Source: an uncultured Chitinophaga sp.
GTDB lineage: Bacteria > Planctomycetota > Planctomycetia > Planctomycetales > Planctomycetaceae
NCBI GenBank assembly: GCA_964517865.1
Contig: CAZFDW010000001.1
Location: forward strand, 82-64,081
Reading direction: 5' to 3'
Length of the DNA: 64,000 nt
Shown piece after piece: positions 43,041 to 53,147 of this stretch. The notes under the pieces were generated by a model, which saw only the letters and a program-made list of their open reading frames with translations, was not told the DNA's origin and ran no database searches. Made by a program: the position numbers and the translations under genes. How positions within the stretch are numbered: the first letter of the stretch is position 1; every line of letters starts with the position of its first letter.

Positions 43041-44942
43041 TCAGGTTTCCGTTTCCGTTTCGTGTGACATCCACCATTCAGCGGACATACATTCTTCGGC
43101 CAATTTCTGGATCAAGCCTTCGGTTTCCGGCGTCATTGCGGGATTGACAGTTGGCGTGGAAAGCATTGCAATGGACTCGGAAGGAACACGGTCACTGTCG
43201 GCTGAAAAATCGGGAGTACCCGGGTCTGTGGACTTCCTCGCTGCAGCTTCAGCATCCGAATCGACTTGAATCTCGCCGGTTGTTGCCAGCAGTGCGGCCA
43301 GCAACTCAGGGACTGCCTCTGCGGACTGTTCCACGTCACTCGATGCGACGGTGAATGTCACAGGAGTGCTCCACGGAAGTTCCGTGCCGTCAGCTTTGAC
43401 CGCTCGAACCCACACGCGGTATGTCCCTGTCGGAAGTGGATCCGTCGGAGCAAACGTTGTCAGCGCGATGCCGCTGGCGCGAATGTAGTCGAAATCTTCC
43501 CCAACCCACGCGATCCAGACATCGTACGATTTTGCATCAGATACCGGTGTCCAGGTAATATCCGGAATCGGAAGCACGTTGGAGTCAGCGGCCGGCGATG
43601 TGATGATCGGAACGCCCCCGGTCGCTTCAAACGAGTAAGGCGTGCTCCAACCGGTCAGTTGACCGGTAGTGCTCACAGCCCGGATCCAGACCGAATACTT
43701 TCCGGGCTGGATGTCCTCTTCAAACTGATAAAAGTTTGTTGATGACGTTGTTCGCAGGTAGGGAGATTTTCCATCCGAACGTTCGACCCATACATCGTAG
43801 CGCGCCGCTTTGTCGATTGGCGTCCATTCGACAATCGGACGAACCGCGGTCACAATCCGTTTGGTTGGATCACTCGTTTCAATTCCGGCCGGGCCCGTCA
43901 CGACCGGAATACGGATTGTTGAAAAATTGCCCGGCAAGCTCCAGATGCCGACAGTCTCCGGACGCCCTGCTGTCCGCCGATGTGCACGAACCCAGAACAC
44001 ATAATCGCCATTCGCCAGTTTCCTCGGAATCTGGTACGAAGTGCCGGTACGGAACTTGAGATTGTAAAGCGGCACGTCGGGAGTCGCGGCATTGGCCAAA
44101 ACGACATCATAATCGGTGGCGCCCGGCGTCGCCTGCCATTCCAGCAGAGGTGGATTCTGAAAAGTTGTACCCACCGGACGCGTGATCGTCACCGGTGGCG
44201 CGACTTCGAAATTGAACGCCGTACTCCAGGCAGATGTTCGGCCACCGTCGTCCAATGATCGTACAAAAACGCGATAGTTTCCCATCAGCAGGTCGTTCGT
44301 CAGAGTGTAAGAACGCACTTCCTGACGCAGCACATCGCCGTTGCCATCTGGCTGTGTATTGCCATCGGCATCCAGGATCGGGGTATGGTTTGCGACAGGG
44401 ATTTTCCTGGATGTCAGGTTTGTCTGATCGCTGAAAAAGATCTCGAACCGGAAGGCACCCGGTGGACTTGTCCACGTGATTGTGGGTTTTGTCTCGACCA
44501 GCTTCTGCGGCGAATTGCTCAGCAGTGGGTTGACTGGCCCCGTCACCGTGGGTACGACCTGCACCACAAATTCCGTCGGTGCCGACCATGGCGATGACGG
44601 CCCGCTGACAAAGTTGGCGCGCACCCAAGCGCGAGTTCGACCAAGATTCAGCTCGGTTGCCGGAGTAAAGTTGGTAGCCAAAATGTTGCTTTGCACGAAC
44701 TGCACAGTTCGCTGTTCGGCGTCGGTCACCCACAGGTCATAGCTGGTCGCACTGTCAACTGCGTCCCATGTCATTGTGGGAGTCGCATCGTTGATCACCG
44801 GCGGTGGACCTTCGACGGGCCCCGTCAGAGCGATGACCGTCATGAGTGATCGAACTTCGAGTGATTCAACAACCGCCGGAGCCTGCAAGCTGGTCCTGCT
44901 GCGACGGGATCGTTGTTTGCCTGAGATGGATTCAAACTTCAT
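43041..44942 (-). CDS. Exported protein with five FN3-like repeats and an acidic C-terminal tail (ORF is open to 45152)
   Basis: N-terminus MKFESISGKQRSRRSRTSLQAPAVVESLEVRSLMT. Five repeats follow the pattern (I/L)(T/E)W..... (A/G).(S/R/D)YD(V/L)W ... Y(R/S)VW(V/I)RA ... WS.P..F. Confidence 0.7.
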   Translation of the reverse strand: MKFESISGKQRSRRSRTSLQAPAVVESLEVRSLMTVIALTGPVEGPPPVINDATPTMTWDAVDSATSYDLWVTDAEQRTVQFVQSNILATNFTPATELNLGRTRAWVRANFVSGPSSPWSAPTEFVVQVVPTVTGPVNPLLSNSPQKLVETKPTITWTSPPGAFRFEIFFSDQTNLTSRKIPVANHTPILDADGNTQPDGNGDVLRQEVRSYTLTNDLLMGNYRVFVRSLDDGGRTSAWSTAFNFEVAPPVTITRPVGTTFQNPPLLEWQATPGATDYDVVLANAATPDVPLYNLKFRTGTSYQIPRKLANGDYVFWVRAHRRTAGRPETVGIWSLPGNFSTIRIPVVTGPAGIETSDPTKRIVTAVRPIVEWTPIDKAARYDVWVERSDGKSPYLRTTSSTNFYQFEEDIQPGKYSVWIRAVSTTGQLTGWSTPYSFEATGGVPIITSPAADSNVLPIPDITWTPVSDAKSYDVWIAWVGEDFDYIRASGIALTTFAPTDPLPTGTYRVWVRAVKADGTELPWSTPVTFTVASSDVEQSAEAVPELLAALLATTGEIQVDSDAEAAARKSTDPGTPDFSADSDRVPSESIAMLSTPTVNPAMTPETEGLIQKLAEECMSAEWWMSHETETET

Positions 44943-45478
44943 GGTCTGCTCTGCCAATGTGCTCGACGGACGGGTGAAGAATGCGGCAGACAAGCCAGGT
45001 GTCGCAGCAGCAACCACACGCCGAACGATTGTGGAAGTTGCAGCGGCCCGAAGGAACGCTCGTCTCGTCAAGTTATCGCCCGTACGGAAAACGTGTTTTG
45101 ACGGAAGACTCATTACGACCGGAAGAACACGAAAAACACAGTCCTCACGCACGGTGCGAATTCACTAACCCAAAGACCCGCCGCAGCTTCCCTCCTTTGA
45201 CTGTGGTCTTTCCACCAGCAAATTCTGCCGGATCCCCTTTAAGACGGTCGGTTCGGTCTGTCCTAACAAGCGTCACAGGCTGATTCCGGCCGGACAACTG
45301 GAACAACCGTTCGAGGCGGCCTGGTCCTTACTCTGCACCCACAGTTTTCGTATCAGGTAAAAGATCCTGAAAAGCGAGTTCAGGAGGGCTACGTAAAATC
45401 GATAACCGGATCGAATTCAGTCCATTAGACTTCAGTCCCCTGTCCGGATCTTCCGTAGGGTGGCTGCCTGAGGCCGCA

Positions 45479-46282
45479 ATGTTACGATCCGCTGCGATCA
45501 GTCACTCCACCACGTCCGCACGGGGCGTAGGCCGCCTGCCGCATACTGAGATTTCCGTCTCCGTCTGTCTGGACTGCGGTACTCCCATCCCTGCTCGACT
45601 GGTCGAACTGGCTCACCTTGACGTCATGATTGTCACTGACCGACCGATGCGTTACGGGACGGTCGTCCAGCTGGCGTTGTTCGGTGATCTGGTTGCGACA
45701 GTCACCCAGAATCGAGGCATTGTGCATTGGTGCCGACCGCATCAACACGGCTGGCATGTCGGGGTCTTCCTGACGATGCCGCTCCCTGATCGATTGACCG
45801 AGCGGGAATGGAGCGATCTTCGCCACACGCTCCGTTACGAATGCAACTGGAAAGCCTGGGTTTTATGGGACGGCGACGGACAGCTCGAACCGGTCTGGAT
45901 CTCAGATTACTCCATCAAGGGCGTTTGTCTGACTTCACAGCGTAATGTGAAACAAGGCCGCAAGTTTACAATGTTCGGTTCCACCGGTACCAGAGACCGC
46001 GCGGTCCTGAATGGTGATGTCCAGTGGACTCGTCAGAATCCGGACGGCGTGCTGATTGGTTGCCATATTCAAGGACAACGCGGCCGCGACCTGCCAAAGA
46101 TGTTCGGAAATCTGGACGCAGTGCATGTCGCGTCTGAAGAAAGTCCAGGTCCCGTCCTGCCCTCAGACTCAATCGAAACTCAAAACTACGAACTCGCCGC
46201 CCACGAACGGTTTTTGCCCGCCGATACTGCCTATGCGAGAATTCCTTCCACCAGGTTTCCATGCACGTCGGTCAATCGATAA
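45479..46282 (+). CDS. PilZ domain-containing protein (putative c-di-GMP receptor)
   Basis: RxxxR (RHTLR, 45821-45835) is followed about 23 aa later by DxSxxG (DYSIKG, 45905-45922). Confidence 0.55.
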   Translation: MLRSAAISHSTTSARGVGRLPHTEISVSVCLDCGTPIPARLVELAHLDVMIVTDRPMRYGTVVQLALFGDLVATVTQNRGIVHWCRPHQHGWHVGVFLTMPLPDRLTEREWSDLRHTLRYECNWKAWVLWDGDGQLEPVWISDYSIKGVCLTSQRNVKQGRKFTMFGSTGTRDRAVLNGDVQWTRQNPDGVLIGCHIQGQRGRDLPKMFGNLDAVHVASEESPGPVLPSDSIETQNYELAAHERFLPADTAYARIPSTRFPCTSVNR

Positions 46283-47661
46283 CGTCGCCCCTGAAACTTG
46301 TAGGTGAGTCGTTCGTGGTCGATACCCAGCAGGTGCATCACAGTCGCGTGCAGGTCGTGAATGTGGAGTCCATCCGTGGCAATGTTGTAACCGAATTCAT
46401 CCGTGCTGCCGTAAACTGATCCGGACTTAATACCACCACCAGCCATCCAGATGCTGAAACAGCGAGGATGGTGATCGCGTCCGAAGTTGGGAGAAATTTT
46501 CCCCTGGCAGTAATTCGTGCGTCCGAACTCGCCGCCCCAGACCACCAGCGTGTCCTCCAGCAATCCGCAGCGTTTCAAATCTTTCACCAGCGCCGCCGCA
46601 GGTTGATCCGTTTCTTTGCAAATTGCCGGCAACGCACCGGGAAGTCCACCGTGATGATCCCAGTCCTGATGATACACCTGGATAAATCGCACGCCGCGCT
46701 CAGCCAGTCGGCGCGCCTGCAAACAGTTTGCTGCGAACGTGCCGGGCGTTGACACATCCGGCCCGTAATCATCCAGTACAGACTTTGGTTCGCCGGAGAT
46801 ATCCGTCGCTTCCGGCACACTTGTCTGCATCGAATATGCCATTTCGTAATGATCGATGCGGCTTTGAATTTCACTGTCAGCAGTTCCCTCCAACTGATGC
46901 TGATGCAGTTCCTTCAGTCGATCCAGCAACATCCGACGGCTCTCACTGCTGACACCATTCGGATTCCCCAGATACAGCACCGGATCTTTGGCAGCTCGAA
47001 ACAATACTCCCTGATGTCGTGTCGGCAGGAACCCACTGCCCCACAAATGAGCTCCCAACGGCTGGCCACCCTTGTCCTTCGTGATCAGCACGACAAACGA
47101 AGGCAGATTGGCGTTGTCCTGCCCAAGCCCGTAGCTCAGCCAGGCCCCCATGCTCGGACGCCCGGCGATCTGAGTCCCCGTCTGGAGAAACGTCACGCCC
47201 GGCCCGTGATTGATCGCTTCCGTGTACATCGAATTTACGACGCACAAATCATCGGCGATACTGGCCGTGTGCGGCAGCAATTCGCTGAACCAGGCACCGC
47301 CCTGACCATGTTGAGTGAACTTAAACGGTGAGCCAACCAGAGGAATCGACGACTGATTGCCGGACATTCCCGTCAGTCGCTGAGTCCCCCGGACCGAATC
47401 CGGCAATTGCTCACCATTCATCCTGTGCAACAGTGGCTTGTAATCCAGCAGGTCCAACTGCGACGGCGCGCCGGACATGAAAAGATAAATGATGCGTTTG
47501 GCCTTCGGCGCGAAATGCGGCTCGCCCAGCACACCATGATCCTGCGAGTCAGCTGCACCGGAAGTCTGTGCCAGCATGTCCGCCAGCGCGATGCTGCCCA
47601 GCCCGATGCCCGACCCACTGAGGAAATTTCGTCGCGTTTTTGTCGTGGGGAAGAAGTTCAT
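46231..47661 (-). CDS. DUF1501 domain-containing protein (Tat signal)
   Basis: TRRNFLSGSGIGLGSIALA; NSMYTEAINHGPG; GRDHHPRCFSIWMAGGG. Confidence 0.85.
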   Translation of the reverse strand: MNFFPTTKTRRNFLSGSGIGLGSIALADMLAQTSGAADSQDHGVLGEPHFAPKAKRIIYLFMSGAPSQLDLLDYKPLLHRMNGEQLPDSVRGTQRLTGMSGNQSSIPLVGSPFKFTQHGQGGAWFSELLPHTASIADDLCVVNSMYTEAINHGPGVTFLQTGTQIAGRPSMGAWLSYGLGQDNANLPSFVVLITKDKGGQPLGAHLWGSGFLPTRHQGVLFRAAKDPVLYLGNPNGVSSESRRMLLDRLKELHQHQLEGTADSEIQSRIDHYEMAYSMQTSVPEATDISGEPKSVLDDYGPDVSTPGTFAANCLQARRLAERGVRFIQVYHQDWDHHGGLPGALPAICKETDQPAAALVKDLKRCGLLEDTLVVWGGEFGRTNYCQGKISPNFGRDHHPRCFSIWMAGGGIKSGSVYGSTDEFGYNIATDGLHIHDLHATVMHLLGIDHERLTYKFQGRRYRLTDVHGNLVEGILA

Positions 47662-47980
47662 CGGAATGCAATCCGCTATCGCTGGTCTTACGAATCAAGG
47701 GTTTCCCATCGCCGCCTGGCTCGCAGTCATTTCAAGATCTGTCCAGCGCGGCGATCTGCTAACAGCGAATGTACACGAACAGCCATCCACGCGGAATACG
47801 ATCGTGTCGTGAATCGGTGTCAGGAAGCCTACGATCCCGCCGCAACGCCTGAGGAATCAAAGCGCGAGTATAGCGAGCTGTTCCCAAACACAAAGTATTT
47901 CACAAAAAAGTATTTTCAGCTGGCTGTGGACGATCCTGACAGTCTGTCTGCGTTGCAGAATCGTCGAGGACGCCACATCG

Positions 47981-48205
47981 TCACCACTCAGGATGCAGAC
48001 GCTTGCAGTCGATCGCCAGGTTGGGCACGTACATCGGGGACGAACCGCAGAGCACTGCAGCCGCACCTGCTTCAAAGAAATCTCCAACGTCTCCTGTTGT
48101 GGAGGCGCCACCGACTGCGGCCACTTCAACGAATTCGTCCGGAAATGTGGGTCCTCGCTCGCAGTTTGCTTCCCAGGTTCGCTGCAGGTCATCGGTTAAG
48201 TGCAT
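47981..48205 (-). pseudogene. Possible C-terminal remnant of a KDPG/KHG aldolase (Eda-like) expressed as a 74-aa ORF
   Basis: GPTFPDEFVEVAAVGGASTTGDVGDFFEAGAAAVLCGSSPMYVP resembles the Eda C-terminus (GPFP..F.PTGG(I/V)....DYL.....LC.GGSWLVP). No room exists for the N-terminal ~140 aa. A GAGGGG SD precedes the ATG. Confidence 0.3.
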
Positions 48206-48235
48206 TTTTCCCCTCGGAGCACGGTATCGGCGAAG

Positions 48236-49972
48236 TCACTTATTGTCAGTGGCTGGCAACTCCGGCTGCGCAGGCATTTCGACCGCGTCACCGTGGAGGC
48301 GGAATTTGGCATAGTCGAGCCAGTCTTCGAGTTCTTTTTCGCCATAACAGACTTCACGGAACAGATGAAAGATCTGTTGCGCCTCGTCTGTCTTTCCGTC
48401 CTTCAGCAATTCATTGGCAGCTGTCATGCGTTCGCTGATGATCTTGATGCGATCGGGATCGGACAGCAGGATCTGCTTGCCGGCATCACGTTTTTTTTCC
48501 GCGATGATCTTCCAGAATCGCGGCACAGAGATCATGTCATCCGACGCATCCGCTTCAGGATCCGTTTTGCTGTCAGCTGGTTTGACGGCAATGGCTTCCG
48601 CGACGTCGTCCTGTGGCAATGATTCAATCAGCGCCTGGAACATTTCCAGTGATTCCAGCGAATTGCGGTCTGAATCGGCCGCTGTCCGCATCGCTTTCAG
48701 GCAGGCCGTTTCGAAGCGATTTCGACCATCGTCCGGTCGCCGCACGCGTCGATCCAGTTGAGCTTCGATCAACGACACTTCGACATCATCCAGCCATCGC
48801 CGCATTTCTTCGGCATACTTGCCATCAGGGAATCGTTCTACATATGGACGCAGGTAACGACTGCGAGCGTTCTCGTGAGCGACCGGATCAGCCGTCGACA
48901 TCGCTTCTTTGGCTTTAATGTACAAGGTGTCCTCGCCCGCCGGCAGCGACAGCCACACACCTGCCCCAATCAATAGTCCCAGAACGGCCAGCAGAAACCA
49001 CGTCTTTTCATAAAACTGCGACTGGTCCTTTTTCTTCTTCTTTTTCTTCTTCACTGTCACATCGCCGGTGGCCGGGTCAACTGATACAGACACGGAAGCC
49101 GATGCTCCGGCAGACAGCAGCGCTTCCGGTGAAACATCCGCAACGGACTCGGCACCTGATTTCAGAATGTGTTCCAGTTCCGTGTTCACAGCCAGCGCGT
49201 CGAAGGGACGTTCATCCTGCTCCTTCTGCAGGAGACGTTCGACGAGCTGATCGAGTGCGAGAGGACATTCGACATCTTTTTCATGGAGGTTGTACGGATA
49301 GTCGTTCAGATGCATCATCAGCATCTCAGCCGGGTTGGCGGTCACAAACGGCGTTTCTCCGACCAGAAGTTCGTAGAGCAGACAGCCGGTGGCGTACAGA
49401 TCCGTCTTGCGTGAAATCGGGGCGTTCCCGTGAATCTGCTCGGGAGCCATATAAGCGTACGTACCAACAGTCTTGCCTGCCGCAGTGAGTGCCGTCGCTT
49501 CCGTGTCTCGCGCGATCCCAAAGTCGCCCAGCTTGATACGTCCATTCTTTGTGATGAACAGATTGCCCGGCTTGAGGTCGCGATGAATGATGCCCGCATT
49601 GTGAGCATGTTCCAGGGCCGCTGTCAGTTGCCGACCGACTTGAATTGCCTGATCCCAGGTGAGTCGTTTACGCTTTTTCAGAATGTCCTGCAGGGAGCCG
49701 CCATCGATGTACTCCATCGCGTACCAGCGTTCTCCGTGATGAGTGCCGCCGCCGTAGTATTTGACGATATTCGGATGTTTCATTCGTTTGAGGATGCCGA
49801 TTTCACGTTCAAATCGTTGCAGCAGTTTTTCGTCGTCTGACAACGCCGGTGGCAAAACTTTGAGCGCAACCTGTTTTCCGGATTCGATGTGCGTCGCCAG
49901 ATAAACAATACCCATCCCGCCTGCCCCGATCTGGCGTCCGAGGATAAATGGTCCGATCCTGCGTTCTGTCAT
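48236..49972 (-). CDS. Serine/threonine protein kinase with one TM and a C-terminal helical-repeat domain
   Basis: GAGGMGIVYLA...ALKVL, HRDLKPGNLF, DFGIARD, APE. Then K8-DQSQF and the TM WFLLAVLGLLIGAGVWLSL. ATG 49972 was chosen within the ORF extending to 50086. Confidence 0.9.
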   Translation of the reverse strand: MTERRIGPFILGRQIGAGGMGIVYLATHIESGKQVALKVLPPALSDDEKLLQRFEREIGILKRMKHPNIVKYYGGGTHHGERWYAMEYIDGGSLQDILKKRKRLTWDQAIQVGRQLTAALEHAHNAGIIHRDLKPGNLFITKNGRIKLGDFGIARDTEATALTAAGKTVGTYAYMAPEQIHGNAPISRKTDLYATGCLLYELLVGETPFVTANPAEMLMMHLNDYPYNLHEKDVECPLALDQLVERLLQKEQDERPFDALAVNTELEHILKSGAESVADVSPEALLSAGASASVSVSVDPATGDVTVKKKKKKKKDQSQFYEKTWFLLAVLGLLIGAGVWLSLPAGEDTLYIKAKEAMSTADPVAHENARSRYLRPYVERFPDGKYAEEMRRWLDDVEVSLIEAQLDRRVRRPDDGRNRFETACLKAMRTAADSDRNSLESLEMFQALIESLPQDDVAEAIAVKPADSKTDPEADASDDMISVPRFWKIIAEKKRDAGKQILLSDPDRIKIISERMTAANELLKDGKTDEAQQIFHLFREVCYGEKELEDWLDYAKFRLHGDAVEMPAQPELPATDNK

Positions 49973-50242
49973 GACTTCAACTCGGTACTTTTGCTGAACA
50001 TCCGCACGGGTGAGCGCCCCACCCCGATTTCCGGGAACATTAACGTGGAATCCACAGTGTAGCAGCGCGACGGACGACTGAGTCAAAGCAGACTGCTAAA
50101 ATCGCCGACAAGTTCGACCGTAAGCCGCCGAATTTTCGGTTTGCGGTTTTAGAGTGCTGCGTTAAAGCGGCGACGTGCCGGCTTGAGCTTAGACTCCGGC
50201 AAACAGCTGCCATTGAATTTCAGCGGAATTGGAATCTTCACA

Positions 50243-50701
50243 ATGAACGGACGAACGTGTTTGTGCCTGGCAGGTTGCCTCGGATTCCTCGCCGTGCTGC
50301 TGGGGGCTTTCGGAGCACATGGTCTGAAGGACACGAGATTTCTGAAGGACAAATACGCAGATCTGCCGCCGAAAATTGTCGCTGGTCATTCCATTCCGGC
50401 AAGCTACAAGTACGTTCAGGATTTCGAAACGGGCGTCGAGTATCACATGGTGCATGCGCTGGCGATGCTGGCAACGGGGCTGATGATACTGCGCCAGCCG
50501 TCCCGTTGCCTGAGTGTCGCCGCATGGTGTTTTCTCGGCGGCATCGTCCTGTTTTCCGGCGCATTGTACGTGCTCGTGATCGGCGGTCCTCGCTGGCTGG
50601 GCGTTCCATGGGGCATGGTGACTCCTGTCGGTGGAACTCTACAACTGATCGGCTGGCTGGCACTGACGTCCGGTGCTTTTCGAATGAAAGGTGACGCGTG
50701 A
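50243..50701 (+). CDS. DUF423 domain membrane protein
   Basis: FLAVLLGAFGAHGLKD, YHMVHALA, LFSGALY and four TM helices. The stop overlaps the next GTG (GTGA). Confidence 0.75.
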   Translation: MNGRTCLCLAGCLGFLAVLLGAFGAHGLKDTRFLKDKYADLPPKIVAGHSIPASYKYVQDFETGVEYHMVHALAMLATGLMILRQPSRCLSVAAWCFLGGIVLFSGALYVLVIGGPRWLGVPWGMVTPVGGTLQLIGWLALTSGAFRMKGDA

Positions 50702-53139
50702 CGATTTCTGCAGCACCATTCTGTTCCGCAGTGGTGTCGTGCGTCATGATCCTGATCGGAAATGAGGCAGTCGCTTTTCAAAGTCAGGCAACCACAGACG
50801 TGATCTCCAATCGCTATCAACGACCGCCCAGGGAAATTACCGACATCCTGGATGTGGGCCCCACGCCCGGAATATCATTGAGTCCAACGCGCGAATTTCT
50901 TCTGTTGATCGAACGTGCGAATTATCCGCCCATCGAAGATCTGGCAGTGCCGATGCTGAAACTGGCGGGCTTGCGAATCAATCCGCAGACAAACGGACCG
51001 CACCTCGCGCCACGCAGTACGGGTTTGATTCTGCAAACCATCGCGCGCGGTGAGCAGCGACGAATTGTTATTCCGGAAGGCGCTAATATTGGATTTCAGG
51101 GATGGTCGCCGGACGGACAGTCACTGGCATTCACCATTACGACAGACAACGCAATTCAGTTATGGCTCGCGTCTGTCAAAGATGTCATCGCGCACCAGAT
51201 CGTGGGACTGACAATCAACGGATCTTATGGCGTCCCCGTGCAATGGCTGCCTGACAGTACTGGACTCCTGGTGCAGGCGATTGTCAATGATCGCGGCACG
51301 CCACCGGTACAGCCAAAGGCTCCACTCGGGCCCGCGATTGAAGAAAGTTCCGGACGTTCCGGGCCGGTGCGGACGTATCAGGATCTGCTGCAAAATCTGC
51401 ATGATGAAGATTTGTTTGATTATTACGGTCGTTCTCAACTGGCAATTGTCGATCTGGCCGCGAAATCCGCCAAGCCGATTGGATCTGCAGCGTTGTTTGC
51501 GTCGGTTGAAATATCGCCGGATGGTGACCAGATTCTGGTAGTTCGGATCGAACGCCCGTTTTCGTATCTGTTTCCCGCCAGCCGCTTCCCACAGACGACC
51601 GAAGTCTGGAATCGTCGCGGCGAAACGACGTACGTCGTGGCAGCCCTTCCACTGCAGGACGACATCCCGATCGAAGGCGTTCCGACCGGTCCGCGTTCAG
51701 TCACATGGCAACCTAATCAGCCAGCGACACTGTCGTGGATGGAAGCTCTGGATGCAGGCGATCCGCGGAATATTGTGCCGCATCGGGATCGCGTGTTGAG
51801 CCTTGCAGCACCATTTGATTCTGCTCCGACGGAACTCGTCCGCACCGCACAACGCTGCACGGGAATCCTGTGGGGCGAAAAAGATGGCCTGGCGTTTGTC
51901 CGTGACTATGATCGCGACCGCCGCTGGACTCGCACCCTGCAGTTCAATACCGAACACCCCGATGAGACGCCGAAATTGATCTGGGAGCGGTCAGTCAACG
52001 ATCGCTACGGAGATCCCGGAACTCCGGTCTCCCGACTTCTGCCGAACGGTCAGAGTGTGATGTGGCAGCATGGCAATTCCCTGTTTCTGCGCAGCGCCGG
52101 CGCGACACCGGAAGGCGATCGACCGTTTCTGGATCGATTCGATCTGACAACTCGCGAGACAACTCGTCTGTTCGCCTGTGCAGCTGACAGTTACGAGTCT
52201 GTCGTGGCATTAATAGCTGATGACGGCTCGCAGTTTATCACACAGCATGAATCTCCGCTCAATCCTCCCAACGTGTTTCTGTACACCCACGGGCAGGCGC
52301 GGAAAGCATTGACAAACTTCCCGGACCCGATGCCGCAACTGAGGAGCATTCACAAAGAGTTGGTCACTTACGAACGCAGTGACGGCGTGCCGCTTTCGTT
52401 CACATTGTATCTGCCGCCCGGACATGAAAAAGGTAAGCCACTGCCGACGATCGTGTGGGCGTATCCACGTGAATTCAACGACCCATCGACGGCGGGTCAG
52501 GTGTCCGGTTCCACGAATCGTTTCACGTCGATCAGTGGCATTTCGCACCTGTTTCTGCTGACGCAGGGCTATGCCATTCTGGACGAAGCCACGATGCCGG
52601 TCGTAGGCAGTCCCGAACTTGCGAACGACACGTTTATCGAGCAGGTCGTCGCGAGTGCCCAGGCGGCGATCGATAAAGCTGTGGAAATGGGAGTGACCGA
52701 TCGAAATCGCGTCGGAGTGGGAGGGCACAGTTACGGAGCGTTTATGACGGCAAATCTGCTGGCTCATTCAGAAATGTTCAGGACCGGAGTCGCGCGCAGC
52801 GGGGCCTACAACCGCACACTCACACCGTTCGGTTTTCAAAATGAACGCCGCACGTTCTGGGAAGCTCCGGAAATCTATATGACCATGTCACCCTTCGCGG
52901 CGGCTGACAAAATCAAGGCCCCGATATTGCTCATCCATGGCGACGCTGACAACAATCCCGGCACATTTCCCATACAAAGTGAACGCCTTTACCACGCCAT
53001 TCGCGGCAACGGTGGCACTGTTCGCTATGTCACATTGCCTCATGAATCCCACGGCTACGTCGCACGCGAATCTGTGGAACACACTTTGTGGGAGATGGTG
53101 ACGTGGTTTGACCGGTACGTGAAGGCTGCGAAAGAATAG
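50698..53139 (+). CDS. Prolyl oligopeptidase (S9) family serine peptidase with an N-terminal beta-propeller
   Basis: GVGGHSYGAFMT (GxSxG), LLIHGDADNN (Asp), ESHGY (His), and a signal-like N-terminus. Confidence 0.85.
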   Translation: MTISAAPFCSAVVSCVMILIGNEAVAFQSQATTDVISNRYQRPPREITDILDVGPTPGISLSPTREFLLLIERANYPPIEDLAVPMLKLAGLRINPQTNGPHLAPRSTGLILQTIARGEQRRIVIPEGANIGFQGWSPDGQSLAFTITTDNAIQLWLASVKDVIAHQIVGLTINGSYGVPVQWLPDSTGLLVQAIVNDRGTPPVQPKAPLGPAIEESSGRSGPVRTYQDLLQNLHDEDLFDYYGRSQLAIVDLAAKSAKPIGSAALFASVEISPDGDQILVVRIERPFSYLFPASRFPQTTEVWNRRGETTYVVAALPLQDDIPIEGVPTGPRSVTWQPNQPATLSWMEALDAGDPRNIVPHRDRVLSLAAPFDSAPTELVRTAQRCTGILWGEKDGLAFVRDYDRDRRWTRTLQFNTEHPDETPKLIWERSVNDRYGDPGTPVSRLLPNGQSVMWQHGNSLFLRSAGATPEGDRPFLDRFDLTTRETTRLFACAADSYESVVALIADDGSQFITQHESPLNPPNVFLYTHGQARKALTNFPDPMPQLRSIHKELVTYERSDGVPLSFTLYLPPGHEKGKPLPTIVWAYPREFNDPSTAGQVSGSTNRFTSISGISHLFLLTQGYAILDEATMPVVGSPELANDTFIEQVVASAQAAIDKAVEMGVTDRNRVGVGGHSYGAFMTANLLAHSEMFRTGVARSGAYNRTLTPFGFQNERRTFWEAPEIYMTMSPFAAADKIKAPILLIHGDADNNPGTFPIQSERLYHAIRGNGGTVRYVTLPHESHGYVARESVEHTLWEMVTWFDRYVKAAKE

Positions 53140-53147
53140 TGGTTGTT

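Noticed and set aside
47407-48438. 343-aa plus-strand ORF spanning the DUF1501 start, the intergenic region and the kinase 3' end
   Set aside because: It overlaps three better-supported minus-strand features. A short stretch (about 47770-47960, ...YDRVVNRCQEAYDPAATPEESKREYSELFPNTKYFTKKYFQLAVDD) looks protein-like, but it has no start codon or SD. I could not assign it.
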